A stretch of DNA of 57,105 bases from Candidatus Bathyarchaeia archaeon (lineage in GTDB: Archaea > Thermoproteota > Bathyarchaeia > Bathyarchaeales > Bathycorpusculaceae): assembly GCA_050010515.1 (NCBI GenBank), contig JBEKKX010000016.1, forward strand, positions 1 to 57,105, in the 5' to 3' direction. Shown piece after piece: positions 1 to 9,255 of this stretch. Positions within the stretch are counted from its first letter, which is position 1. The number at the start of each line of letters is the position of its first letter. Below the pieces are notes generated by a model. The model searched no databases and was not told where the DNA came from. It saw only the letters and a program-made list of their open reading frames with translations. The translations under genes and the position numbers were made by a program.

Positions 1-2756
1 ATAGCGCCGATTATGATTATTACGATTATTGCAGCAACGATCCCATAAGTTAGGTCTAATGCTGTTGCTAGGCCTGTTACAGGTGTAGCGGTTGGCGCTG
101 CTGTTGGCGCTGGCGAGCTAGCATAGAAGTATGTGTCAGCTGAAGATCCATAGTATGCGTTTGTACCTGCAAAGGTGGCGATGACAGTGTAATTGCCTGG
201 AATGTCAGGTGTCCAAGTATAAGCGAACGTCCCCATGCCATTAGTTGTGGTAGTGCCGATTGGTCTGTTGTTGCCGTTGGCGTCAATAACACTTAGAGTA
301 ACTGGAACTCCAGTCACGTTTGTTGGGCATGGCTGCTGCATGTAAACGTATTCCATCCACTGACTCATGCTTGCGTCAGATACGCATGGTAAGCCGTTGG
401 GGAAGTTTGCTGCTACTGCGTTTTGTTGTGAGCCCGCAGAGATGTCCATTACTGAACCCGTTATCGTCACTGGTGTGGCAGTTGTCACGCCAATGTCAGG
501 TGCGGTAACGGTGGTTTTGCTCGGTCCCATGCCGTAGGCGTATATCTGGTTGTCATAGGCGTTTAGATCTGTCATTATACCGTATGCCAATTCAGGGTTG
601 GCATCAACGTCGAAAGAAGCTATCTGCCATATAGGCTTCCCGTTAGTAATGTTCAAAGCCAGTAGCTGTGCTCCAAGGAACAATGGTGGACTATACTCGT
701 GTCCTTCTTCAAGGAATTCTACTCCGCCGCCACCGCCGACGCCGGTTTGCACCCAAATAGGCCAAACGCCGTATGGAGTGTTCTCGCCAGCGGGACCGGT
801 GATTTGAGTTGTATTGGTGTACCAGTTAACAGCGCCAGTTGCCATGTTTAAAGACCATATGTCTCCGCCGAAGCCGAAAATGTATGTGTTATCGCCGTAG
901 ATGTTTGCTTTAATGCCTCCAACGGTGTCATAAGGATTAATAGGTCCTCCGTTTTCACCTGTGAGCGTTGTGGTCCATACTGTCTTTCCTGTACTAACAC
1001 TGAAAGCGGTAACTTGGCCTGTTTCCTTGATGACGGTCAGAAAGACTCCGTCGCCGACGTTTCCATAGTTATCTAGATTGACTGCAGTGAAAGGTGTGAA
1101 TGTTACGTTTCGTACGAATAGCTGCTGTCCTGTCGTTATGCTGTAGCCTGCATAGATAACATATCCAACTTGGAAGTAGTTTGTGAGACCGAAGTTAGCT
1201 TCTGCATAAACCATAGCTACACCGCTGTTAACGCCCATGACTGTAAAAGTGTTTGGCATTGTCGCAGTGTTTGTATATGCACCAACCGGAACAGTGGCGG
1301 GTAGTTGCCATGCTGCCTGTATTCCGTCTGAGAAAGGAATCACCGCACCTTGTGTGGGTCTCCATTCCCATCCTACATCCGATGCGATGTACCAACCAGC
1401 GCCAACCATAATGCATTGTGTCGAGTTCCATACTTCGAGTAGTGAACCACCAGGAGCAGTAGTGACCTTTTGGAGTACAGGTCCAGTAATTGGCGCAATT
1501 TCTGTCGAGCCGATTGTTTGTGTGCCAACAGTGGTATTAGTGTAGTAAGATATCAAGTCTCCACTTGCGTCTGTAGTCAATCCATAACTGAAACCTGTGC
1601 CGTTTACAATGCTGAGGATGTATTTACCGGTCATGGCATCAAACATGTTTAATGTGGTTGTTCCTGGGGCTACGTGGATTCCAGCAGGTGTTCCTGATGT
1701 CCATAAGTATGCTAGTCCTCCGAATTGGTTCGGAGTTACGTAATCGAGTACTTGACCACATGCCAGAGGCGTAACTACACCAGCTGATGTCAGAGCAGTT
1801 TGTTGTGGACTACCGCCGCCGTAGTTGCTTGCGTCGTCAGTCCATACTGTTTGACCGTTATACAAGTTGACGCAGACGTTGGCAATAGGGCTAGTTGAGC
1901 TGCCAGGAAATTCAGTGTAGTAGAGGTAGCCATTAATGACTATTGGAAGATACTTGCGCTCGTACTGAGAGGTCGAGTAGTAGTTACCGTAGGTGGTTGT
2001 TCCGCCAGCATCTCCGCCGATTGCGCCTCCGAACGCCACGGGCCTTGTCCACATGATGTGAGAAGTGAGTGGCGCTGTGCTGTATGGATTGAAGTTTGAG
2101 GTGGTATTGTAGTAGGCACCGCCTTTACCTGCGCTATAGCCCATGTAAAGGCCAAGGTAAGGACCACCAACCGCGTACCAATTGTTAACGTTCAATGCGT
2201 TTATTGGGGTCTGCCAGTATGCTGTTGGAAGCGGAGTTACTGGAACAGACGGTATTGGACTTTGTTGCACTGTAAGCGTTACTACGCTGCTGCTGGCGGG
2301 TTCAATGTAGTCTCCGAGGTAAATAGGATTGCTGACTCCGACGCTGCCATATTGACCACCAGTTAATGTTTGTCCTGGGTAGAACATCTGGAAGCTGTAG
2401 TTGCCGAGTGCGGTTGGTGTGTAGTGAGCGCTTGTTCCGCCTGTGTCATCTGAAGTGAATGGTCCGAGTGTCTGGGTTGTTCCGTCAGGCTTTGTAACTT
2501 TTACGGTCATGCCTTGGAACCTGTCGCCATAAATAGTGCCTGCGGTCATTGGCGGTTCGTTAAGCCAGAAGCCGACAGTAACCGTTTGGCCGATGCCTGC
2601 AGGGTTAGGTGCAACATTGATGAAAGCGAAGAGCTGAATTTTCCATGGTGGAGTGTGTGCACTAGCGTTTGGTATTAGCATCATTGAAGCTGTCATTGAA
2701 AATGTCAATAATAAAGCAATAAGAATAGCCATAGTTTTACTTTTTAGTTTTTGCAT
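1..2756 (-). CDS. Large exported PQQ-like beta-propeller repeat surface protein (stop lies beyond the left window edge)
   Basis: Missing from the ORF track because it is incomplete. Hand translation from ATG at 2756 (AGGAGA upstream) gives signal peptide MQKLKSKTMAILIALLLTFSMTASMMLIPNASA, then HTPPW..FINVAPNPAGIGQTV..GPFTSDDTGG and W-containing propeller-type motifs. A P/T linker and TM helix (LTYGIVAAIIVIIIIGA) lie at the window edge. Confidence 0.85.
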   Translation of the reverse strand, partial: MQKLKSKTMAILIALLLTFSMTASMMLIPNASAHTPPWKIQLFAFINVAPNPAGIGQTVTVGFWLNEPPMTAGTIYGDRFQGMTVKVTKPDGTTQTLGPFTSDDTGGTSAHYTPTALGNYSFQMFYPGQTLTGGQYGSVGVSNPIYLGDYIEPASSSVVTLTVQQSPIPSVPVTPLPTAYWQTPINALNVNNWYAVGGPYLGLYMGYSAGKGGAYYNTTSNFNPYSTAPLTSHIMWTRPVAFGGAIGGDAGGTTTYGNYYSTSQYERKYLPIVINGYLYYTEFPGSSTSPIANVCVNLYNGQTVWTDDASNYGGGSPQQTALTSAGVVTPLACGQVLDYVTPNQFGGLAYLWTSGTPAGIHVAPGTTTLNMFDAMTGKYILSIVNGTGFSYGLTTDASGDLISYYTNTTVGTQTIGSTEIAPITGPVLQKVTTAPGGSLLEVWNSTQCIMVGAGWYIASDVGWEWRPTQGAVIPFSDGIQAAWQLPATVPVGAYTNTATMPNTFTVMGVNSGVAMVYAEANFGLTNYFQVGYVIYAGYSITTGQQLFVRNVTFTPFTAVNLDNYGNVGDGVFLTVIKETGQVTAFSVSTGKTVWTTTLTGENGGPINPYDTVGGIKANIYGDNTYIFGFGGDIWSLNMATGAVNWYTNTTQITGPAGENTPYGVWPIWVQTGVGGGGGVEFLEEGHEYSPPLFLGAQLLALNITNGKPIWQIASFDVDANPELAYGIMTDLNAYDNQIYAYGMGPSKTTVTAPDIGVTTATPVTITGSVMDISAGSQQNAVAANFPNGLPCVSDASMSQWMEYVYMQQPCPTNVTGVPVTLSVIDANGNNRPIGTTTTNGMGTFAYTWTPDIPGNYTVIATFAGTNAYYGSSADTYFYASSPAPTAAPTATPVTGLATALDLTYGIVAAIIVIIIIGA

Positions 2757-2777
2757 TTTTCTTTTCTCCTGTATTTT

Positions 2778-2824
2778 ATTTTGGGTAAGGGCAAGCTTTT
2801 TGCAAACATTGCCCTGCCCAAAAT
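2778..2824. promoter_or_regulatory. Inverted repeat in the leader of the surface-protein gene
   Basis: ATTTTGGGTAAGGGCAA (2778-2794) pairs with TTGCCCTGCCCAAAAT (2809-2824), just upstream of the RBS. Confidence 0.5.
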
Positions 2825-3023
2825 GGGCGTTCAGCTCATGTTACATATTAATGTGAGTGGAAAGTGGCCACTGACGACAAGCACAAAAATTTATTAGGTT
2901 GTTAGCAATCTAATACTTTAGCGCGCTGACTTAGAACGTTAGTAACTCACTCGTTTATCTTTCTATTAACGACTTGTCAAAATGAAGGTTTGCTGCATGT
3001 AAAACACTCACCGTTGGTCGGCG

Positions 3024-3884
3024 GTGGAAAATAAAAGAGATCTGGTTAAAAAATTAGGTGATTTTGGGTTTACAACCAATCAAGCCAAAGTATACTTTAG
3101 CATCTTTCAATCTGGATCAACTTACGCTAGCAGAATTTCAGAATCCACACATATACATCGGCAAGATATCTACAAGATACTGCCTAAACTTGAAAAAATG
3201 GGGTTAATAACAAGAACAGTAGCCAAGCCCTGCACGATTGAGGCTATTCCTGTGGAAAAGGCCTTAGTTAGTCTAGTGCGCGAGAGAGAGAGGGCGAAAG
3301 CGGAGGAAATTTCTTGGTTAGAGGCTAATCTGGAAGAACTGATAAATGTCCTCGGGAAGCAACCCGAGATGGGGAAGACAATAGAAGAAAAGAGAAGGTC
3401 CATTATCCTTGAATCAGATTCCGAAATAGAGAATATGGCGGACTTGGCATTTAAAAAGGTGAGGATAGAATTCGATTGGGTTACGAATTTGGAGTTGATT
3501 ACGCGGTTGATGCCCAGTTTCTCTAAGCGCTTTCAAACACTGGCAAGTAGAGGAGCAAAAATCAGGATAATCGTAGAAACGCTCAAAAATGAGGGTTTGG
3601 TGAAGAGAACTCTTGAAGAGATAAGACCCAACGGGGGCGACTTCGCAGCGAAGCTTATTTGCAAAAGCAAATCGTTATCCTACCAGATTTTTGACCATAA
3701 AGAATTGTGGATTAGCGGAAAACAACTGACTGAACGTGGTTTTCCATGCGTACTGTGGACGAATGGCAGGAACACAACTGAATTCTATGAAGAAAGTTTC
3801 AAGAAGGCTTGGAATAGCCGTAGCGCAATCAGCATTTATTCAAAGAGACCGCAGAAGAAACAATTAGAATTGGCAAAAGCTTAG
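3024..3884 (+). CDS. TrmB-family transcriptional regulator
   Basis: N-terminal TrmB wHTH (FGFTTNQAKVY..ASRISESTHIHRQDIYKILPKLEKMGLI) and C-terminal PLD-like effector domain. Confidence 0.85.
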   Translation: MENKRDLVKKLGDFGFTTNQAKVYFSIFQSGSTYASRISESTHIHRQDIYKILPKLEKMGLITRTVAKPCTIEAIPVEKALVSLVRERERAKAEEISWLEANLEELINVLGKQPEMGKTIEEKRRSIILESDSEIENMADLAFKKVRIEFDWVTNLELITRLMPSFSKRFQTLASRGAKIRIIVETLKNEGLVKRTLEEIRPNGGDFAAKLICKSKSLSYQIFDHKELWISGKQLTERGFPCVLWTNGRNTTEFYEESFKKAWNSRSAISIYSKRPQKKQLELAKA

Positions 3885-3967
3885 TAAGCGCATGAAAAGT
3901 TTCTGCACCATTGACAGTTTCTCACTGTTTCATCATCGGATTCACTTTTCAATCTCTAAAACCAAAC

Positions 3968-4132
3968 AAAAAAAGAGGGAGTCGCGGGTGATAATCTCCA
4001 CCGCCTTGGGGGTTCAACGAAACCCCCGTCTCCACAAACTCGTAGAAAATTAAAGCATAAAAAAGAAAAAGAGGGGATTTTGCGGGAGATTTCGCCACCC
4101 GAGAAGATAAAAACCTATCGACCCATAAAACA
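3968..4132. ncRNA. Candidate tandem pair of structured RNA elements (unclassified)
   Basis: Two related GC-rich units starting AAAAAGAGGG(G)A..GCGGG.GAT..C.CCACC, each with hairpins (e.g. GGGGGTTCAACGAAACCCCC) and ending in poly-T on the minus strand. Confidence 0.3.
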
Positions 4133-4491
4133 GAGGTTACAGCGTAAAATTTCAACTGCGTAGCTAAGGTCTGTTAGGACAATTCGCTATCGAAGTAGTT
4201 CATGTCGTCTACCTGTGCCCAATTTTGCTAGAGAAAATCAGTTGCTAAATTGATACCCTATCCCGTCTTTGCTAATTTTGATAATTCATTAACAAATTCT
4301 CTTCTATTTTTGGACGTAATTCACTATCTAACGCCCCTCATCTGCTAGCCTCTTTTTGCCATTCCCAACAACAAAAACAAATGGGATAACCTCCCCTTTC
4401 TCCTCTGCCGCTGGTTTGCAGTTGCTTGTCAAGAAGACCTAAGCTTAAAAATTAATAGTTCGTACAGAAAACTTGACGAGCAAAACAAACA

Positions 4492-4704
4492 TTAAGTGCT
4501 GATCCGTTTTCTAATTGCTTCGTACTGTTCGGGCGTGAACACTTCTTCTTCACATGCGGGACATCTAAGTGCCCTTACGTTATGCAGTATAACACCGTCA
4601 AGTTCAAAGTCAAACTCAACTTCGACGTATTCAACGCAACATGTCGGACAAAGTAAAGCACTTGCCCTAATGCTTCTGGGTTTATTCGGTGAATTTTTTT
4701 CCAA
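4492..4704 (-). CDS. YgiT/MqsA-type zinc-finger protein (stand-alone)
   Basis: CPTC...LHNVRALRCPACEEEVFTPEQ pattern. Confidence 0.7.
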   Translation of the reverse strand: MEKNSPNKPRSIRASALLCPTCCVEYVEVEFDFELDGVILHNVRALRCPACEEEVFTPEQYEAIRKRIST

Positions 4705-5155
4705 GTTCCTCTGCCCACGCTTCTACCTTAGCCAAGTCTGTATTATCTACCATGGTTTTTCCCAGGATTCTTATGCGCCCGCCAAAAGCTTCTGTAGATA
4801 CAGGATTAATGTTCGGATATTTAGCGAGAGTATTTTCGACGAATCTGGCTTTTGCGTTTTCATAGCTTCCCGGCGTACCTGCCCAAGAAGAAGAAACAAA
4901 AAAAGCCACTTGTTTGCCGCTGAAGTCATTTTTAAGAAACTTTAACGCTTTATTGTAAACTCTGCCACCCCTGACACCTCCGCCGATAACTACGCTTCGA
5001 TATTGTGCTAGGTCGGGGACTTTTTGCTCTTTGAGGTCAACCAAGTCAACTTCTAACTGATATTTGGAGCGCAAGACGTCGGCTATTTTTCTCGCTGACT
5101 CTTCGGTGGCTCCACCTTTAGTCTGATACGCTATAAGAGTCTTGTTTGCATCCAT
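4682..5155 (-). CDS. Flavodoxin-domain protein (HemG/Flavodoxin_5-like)
   Basis: LIAYQTKGGATEESARKIA FMN loop; VAFFV, FGG and KVEAWAEEL motifs. Confidence 0.8.
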   Translation of the reverse strand: MDANKTLIAYQTKGGATEESARKIADVLRSKYQLEVDLVDLKEQKVPDLAQYRSVVIGGGVRGGRVYNKALKFLKNDFSGKQVAFFVSSSWAGTPGSYENAKARFVENTLAKYPNINPVSTEAFGGRIRILGKTMVDNTDLAKVEAWAEELGKKFTE

Positions 5156-5158
5156 TTT

Positions 5159-5509
5159 TTAAGCACTACCATGCGGCTCTTCAATCGGCGCAATTCTAGT
5201 GCCACAGCTATTGCAGAAAACTGAGCCATTAGGATTCTTTGTGTTGCACTTCGGGCAAGCAACAGTTTCTGGCTGCGCAGGTTTTTGCTGTAAGCTCTCT
5301 TTTGCTTTCTGGATGGCTGAGTGCGTTTCTCGCGCGGCAATGTTGAATGCTTTCTCAAGCTCTACTCCCACACTATAAAAAGCATCCCGCAACTCGTCGG
5401 AAGGATAAACAGCGTTTGCAGTTCTACCTACCGCGGTTTTAGTGCCGCATTTTGGGCAAAAATTGGCGTCATCAGCTATTTTTTCGCCACAGTTAGAACA
5501 GTTAGCCAA
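5159..5509 (-). CDS. Double zinc-ribbon protein
   Basis: CSNCG..FCPKCG at the N-terminus and CPKC..FCNSCG at the C-terminus. Confidence 0.8.
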   Translation of the reverse strand: MANCSNCGEKIADDANFCPKCGTKTAVGRTANAVYPSDELRDAFYSVGVELEKAFNIAARETHSAIQKAKESLQQKPAQPETVACPKCNTKNPNGSVFCNSCGTRIAPIEEPHGSA

Positions 5510-5614
5510 ATTTATTCACCATAAATACCCATGTTGTATTGCGAATTTAAGCCTTTATTGATTTAAGAGATTCAAGTAAAAAAGATAATGCAAAAAAGTT
5601 AGGTGAGGAACGCT

Positions 5615-6970
5615 TTAATGGAGTTTTTGTTTTGCTTCTTCAATAAGTTTTATCGTTTGTAATCGCCATGGCTCAAAGTTCTGCGTTGTTGGGGGGTATG
5701 TGTTGTAGTGTGCACTAACCTGCCTCATCATCGTAACCGTCAAACGCAACTTTTTGAGAAATCCGACGCGTCGAATACCTCTGAAAACCCGTTTAGCAGT
5801 TTCAGTAATGTTTAGGTGGAAGTCATCGCCCATGCCTGCTTTTAGCACGTCGTCTTCAGTCATGAGTTTCTGGTTCATGCCGTAGTTTAGGTCTTCGTCG
5901 CTGCAGGATAAGAGGAACATGCGAAACACGTCTAGGCTTGCTTGTTTTTTGCCGTAAGTTTCAATGTACTTCTTATTATAACTCCATAATGCTTCTTTGG
6001 TAGGTTCGCCCTTGGCTAAGGCTTCAACGATTGTTTGCCCAGCAAAGTATCCGCTGAGCATTGATGGTCCGATGCCGCCGCCGTGAATCGGATTAACCAG
6101 CGATGCAGCATCTCCGACAAGCACGATGCCGTTAGCAACCATGTTATCCAGCGGTCTTCTTGTCGGGTCAAACCATGCACCCCCATTCAAAACAAGCGAC
6201 CCCTCAAACGCCGGTTTCGCAAACGTGTTATCGTATAGCTGCTTTTTGGGACTAGGGTATTTGCCGCGCATACATATGCCTAAGCCAACGTTAACTCTGG
6301 CTCCGCCTTTGGGAAAAATCCACACGTAACCGCCTGGAGCAACTTTCTGGTTGAGGTAAATTTCGCAGAAACGGGTGTTCTCGGTTTCCTGTTTTAGCTG
6401 GCGAATTTCGCGGTAACAAGCTTCAACATCCTCATTTTCTATTTCTTTGTCTATGCCCATTTCCTGTGGAAGCTGATGTCTGACAACACCAAAGAAACCG
6501 CTGGCGTCAACCACAACTTTGCTTCTCAACTGCACAGTTTGACCAGTTTTCATGTTTTTAGCTGCTATACCAGCTACTGCGCCCTTCTCAATTATTGGCG
6601 AACGGAAATTCATGTTATCCTCAAGAACAGCGCCTCTGTCAATTGCTTTTTTCAGGAGCCATTGCCCGAAAAGACGCCTGTTAAGCAAATACCCGACAAA
6701 GTCCTTATCCGCTATGGTGAAAACCGTGTTCTCGTCAGGTGAATAAATTTTGATGCCGTCAATTCGAGTCTCCAATTCGCCGCCAGTTGGCTTCTCCAGC
6801 CCCAGAAACTTTAGGTGGTGTTCTCCTAAAGCGTCGCCGCAGATTTTTTCTCCAATCTGCTCGCGCTTTTTCTTTTCAATTATGCAAACTTTTAAGTTTG
6901 ATTCAACCATGGTTTTTGCGGCTAAGCAGCCTGCTGTTCCTGCGCCAACAACTATGGCATCATATTCCAA
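5615..6970 (-). CDS. Geranylgeranyl reductase family (digeranylgeranylglycerophospholipid reductase-like)
   Basis: GAGTAG FAD motif, KICGDA, PGGYVWIFPKG, GDAASLVNPIHGGGI. Confidence 0.9.
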   Translation of the reverse strand: MEYDAIVVGAGTAGCLAAKTMVESNLKVCIIEKKKREQIGEKICGDALGEHHLKFLGLEKPTGGELETRIDGIKIYSPDENTVFTIADKDFVGYLLNRRLFGQWLLKKAIDRGAVLEDNMNFRSPIIEKGAVAGIAAKNMKTGQTVQLRSKVVVDASGFFGVVRHQLPQEMGIDKEIENEDVEACYREIRQLKQETENTRFCEIYLNQKVAPGGYVWIFPKGGARVNVGLGICMRGKYPSPKKQLYDNTFAKPAFEGSLVLNGGAWFDPTRRPLDNMVANGIVLVGDAASLVNPIHGGGIGPSMLSGYFAGQTIVEALAKGEPTKEALWSYNKKYIETYGKKQASLDVFRMFLLSCSDEDLNYGMNQKLMTEDDVLKAGMGDDFHLNITETAKRVFRGIRRVGFLKKLRLTVTMMRQVSAHYNTYPPTTQNFEPWRLQTIKLIEEAKQKLH

Positions 6971-7041
6971 GAATTCTTTCCTCCAAGCCCTGATGTAATT
7001 TGTATACCTTGTTGTATTAGTAAACCTTTATAAATTATGAA

Positions 7042-7512
7042 GTGAGTCAAACTACACCAAGTGTAACCCATATGAGTGCCCCATTAACTTTAAGCGCTGA
7101 ATTCCGAAAAATCGTGGAAGCCCGCATGAACCAAGTCTTAAAGGGCGTAGAGGAAACGTTCAAGCAAATAATAGAAACCCAAAAGATAACGCCCACCGAA
7201 CTCAAGTATGAACTTGATAGTCTGCAAGAAAGCTTCAACCTCTTATTCCAGAAATGGAGCCTTGAAATACTCTACACGCTACTGCTCAAAAACGCCATCG
7301 GCTTTGGCGGTATTAAAAAAATCTTAACCGTCAATTCCCGCACGCTCTCAGATAAGTTGAAGATGCTTCAGAAACATGGCTATATAACAAGAAATGTTAC
7401 TGCTGGCCCGCCGCTGCGAGTGGAGTATTCTCTAACTGCTAAGGGAAAAAACACTGTACTGCTTGCATTGCCGCTTCTGTACTATTCAAGCTCATCGGAA
7501 GTTAAGGCTTAA
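7042..7512 (+). CDS. HxlR-family wHTH regulator
   Basis: KWSLEILY..NSRTLSDKLKML..PPLRVEYSLTAKG. Confidence 0.85.
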   Translation: MSQTTPSVTHMSAPLTLSAEFRKIVEARMNQVLKGVEETFKQIIETQKITPTELKYELDSLQESFNLLFQKWSLEILYTLLLKNAIGFGGIKKILTVNSRTLSDKLKMLQKHGYITRNVTAGPPLRVEYSLTAKGKNTVLLALPLLYYSSSSEVKA

Positions 7513-8016
7513 CTGGTTCTTCTCATTTCGCTTTAAAGGTCGGGGCAGGCTTGTTGTTTCTTTCACAGTTTCAAAAACCATGCATGTCAGCGTCTTCTCT
7601 AAACCCTTAATCAATCGCAGCTTGTCAACTACAAATTTTCCGACTGCATCCACGTTTTCAGCACGAAGTTTCACTAGCAGATCCCAATCGCCAGTAATAA
7701 TGTGGACTTCCTGCACTTCAGGAAACCGAGCTATCTCCTCGGCAACAGCTCTCTGAGAAACTGGGGCATCATCGGTTTTTGCCCTGTATGAGACGGAGGC
7801 TAAGATGAAGGCGGCTGTGCCTAAATTCAGTTTTTCAGGGGACAGAATTGCTCTGTACTGTTTTATTATGCCTATTTCTTCTAAGCGTTTTGTTTTTGCG
7901 AAAACAGTGGTTATTGGCGAATTGATTTTTTTGGCGATTTGCTTGGCTGTGAGTTTACTGTTCTCTTGGATTAAAACTAAGATGGCTAGGTCTTTTTCGT
8001 CGAGTTTTATGCTCAT
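7492..8016 (-). CDS. Lrp/AsnC-family regulator
   Basis: LDEKDLAIL..HTH..RLEEIGIIK; RAM domain EVHIITGDWDLLVK. Confidence 0.92.
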   Translation of the reverse strand: MSIKLDEKDLAILVLIQENSKLTAKQIAKKINSPITTVFAKTKRLEEIGIIKQYRAILSPEKLNLGTAAFILASVSYRAKTDDAPVSQRAVAEEIARFPEVQEVHIITGDWDLLVKLRAENVDAVGKFVVDKLRLIKGLEKTLTCMVFETVKETTSLPRPLKRNEKNQLSLNFR

Positions 8017-8143
8017 ATGTAATTATTACATGTTATAGGTATAAAAGCTTATGTTTTTTGTAATTTATCTATGTTTTATTATAAAAAATTTATTATCTGC
8101 TTTGGACAGTGTAGTTTCCAATAAGCTAACTGAAGTGACTAAC

Positions 8144-9121
8144 TTGAAAAGCAAACAAGAAACTATTCAAATGGAAATTCCAAAACCATTAGACCAACTT
8201 TCACCAAGCGAATTAGAAAGGAAAGCCTGTATAGGCAAAATAATGACTTATACACTAAAAAGCCTCACATCCACATTCGTAGACCAAGGCTTCCAGTGGC
8301 TGCTTCCAGTAGCCCTAAGCCAATGCACCGACCCACTCTGGCCAGATCCAGGTGCATCCATTGAGAAAAGGATAGAAGTTGACATCTACGGTAAACCTGT
8401 ACGCGCAACAGCAAGCATGATCATCCATAAACTCGTCGCCGCATCAACCGCTTACCCAAAACTGTTCATTCTTTCCCCAAACATACGTATCGAGAAAACG
8501 GAACGCGCCCAAACAGGCAGACACACCTACGAGTTCACACAACTTGACTTTGAAGCCAGAGACGCCACCTCAAAGGAAATCATGACATTAATAGAAGATG
8601 CTCTTTGCACGCTAGTAAAAGATTTAAAACGTGAAATGAAAAGCGAATTAACTACGCTGTGCCGCTGTGATGATCTGAAGGCACCAAAGGCACCATTCAA
8701 AATTTACGACCGCGTTGAACTAGAAGCAAGATACGGCGCAGACGAATGGGAAGCAGGCATAACCAAAGACATAACAGAACCCGTTTGGGTGATGAACATC
8801 CCAAGAGAATTCTACGATTATGAAGACTTCAAAACTGGCAAATGGGACAACTTCGACTTATTCCTGCCGCAGTTCGGGGAAGTGCTGTCAGGTGCCAAAC
8901 GTGAATGGGAATACTCAAAAATCTCGAAGAAAATTGAGCGTGACCAAGTCAAAAAAGAAAACTATGCGCTGATACTAACAATGGCTAAAGAAGGCCGACT
9001 GAAACCTACTGCTGGCGGAGGCATAGGCATGGAACGTTTAGTAGGCTGGATTGCAGGCGTCAAACATATTGGTGAATGTCAACCGTTTCCAAGAGTACCT
9101 GGAACTGTAAATGAACTCTAA
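8144..9121 (+). CDS. asnA: Archaeal asparagine synthetase A (AspRS/AsnRS catalytic-core paralogue)
   Basis: TDPLWPDP, SMIIHK, SPNIRIE..RHTYEFTQLDFE, REFYD, GGGIGMERL; no anticodon-binding domain. Start moved to TTG 8144 behind GAAGTGA. Confidence 0.85.
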   Translation: MKSKQETIQMEIPKPLDQLSPSELERKACIGKIMTYTLKSLTSTFVDQGFQWLLPVALSQCTDPLWPDPGASIEKRIEVDIYGKPVRATASMIIHKLVAASTAYPKLFILSPNIRIEKTERAQTGRHTYEFTQLDFEARDATSKEIMTLIEDALCTLVKDLKREMKSELTTLCRCDDLKAPKAPFKIYDRVELEARYGADEWEAGITKDITEPVWVMNIPREFYDYEDFKTGKWDNFDLFLPQFGEVLSGAKREWEYSKISKKIERDQVKKENYALILTMAKEGRLKPTAGGGIGMERLVGWIAGVKHIGECQPFPRVPGTVNEL

Positions 9122-9255
9122 AACTGTGTAAAGAAACAGGTCGGCAATCGATACAATACTCAACTTTTCTTTTTATTGCAAAAAGTTTATCATTTACCTA
9201 TGCAACTCACTGAAAGGAACGCGATTAAACCCCAAAAATATTGAAGTGAAAAGAA

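Noticed and set aside
77-2856. Many short ORFs in the track
   Set aside because: Shadows of the long minus-strand surface-protein gene, or overlapping its start.
4239-4252. CAGTTGCTAAATTG resembling the IS inverted repeat
   Set aside because: Partial match only, without the CAGTGC terminus or a GCGCGC flank.
4492-4704. MqsRA-type toxin-antitoxin module
   Set aside because: Zinc finger only, with no HTH and no adjacent toxin gene.
8144-9121. Aspartyl/asparaginyl-tRNA synthetase
   Set aside because: No anticodon-binding OB domain; motifs fit archaeal AsnA.
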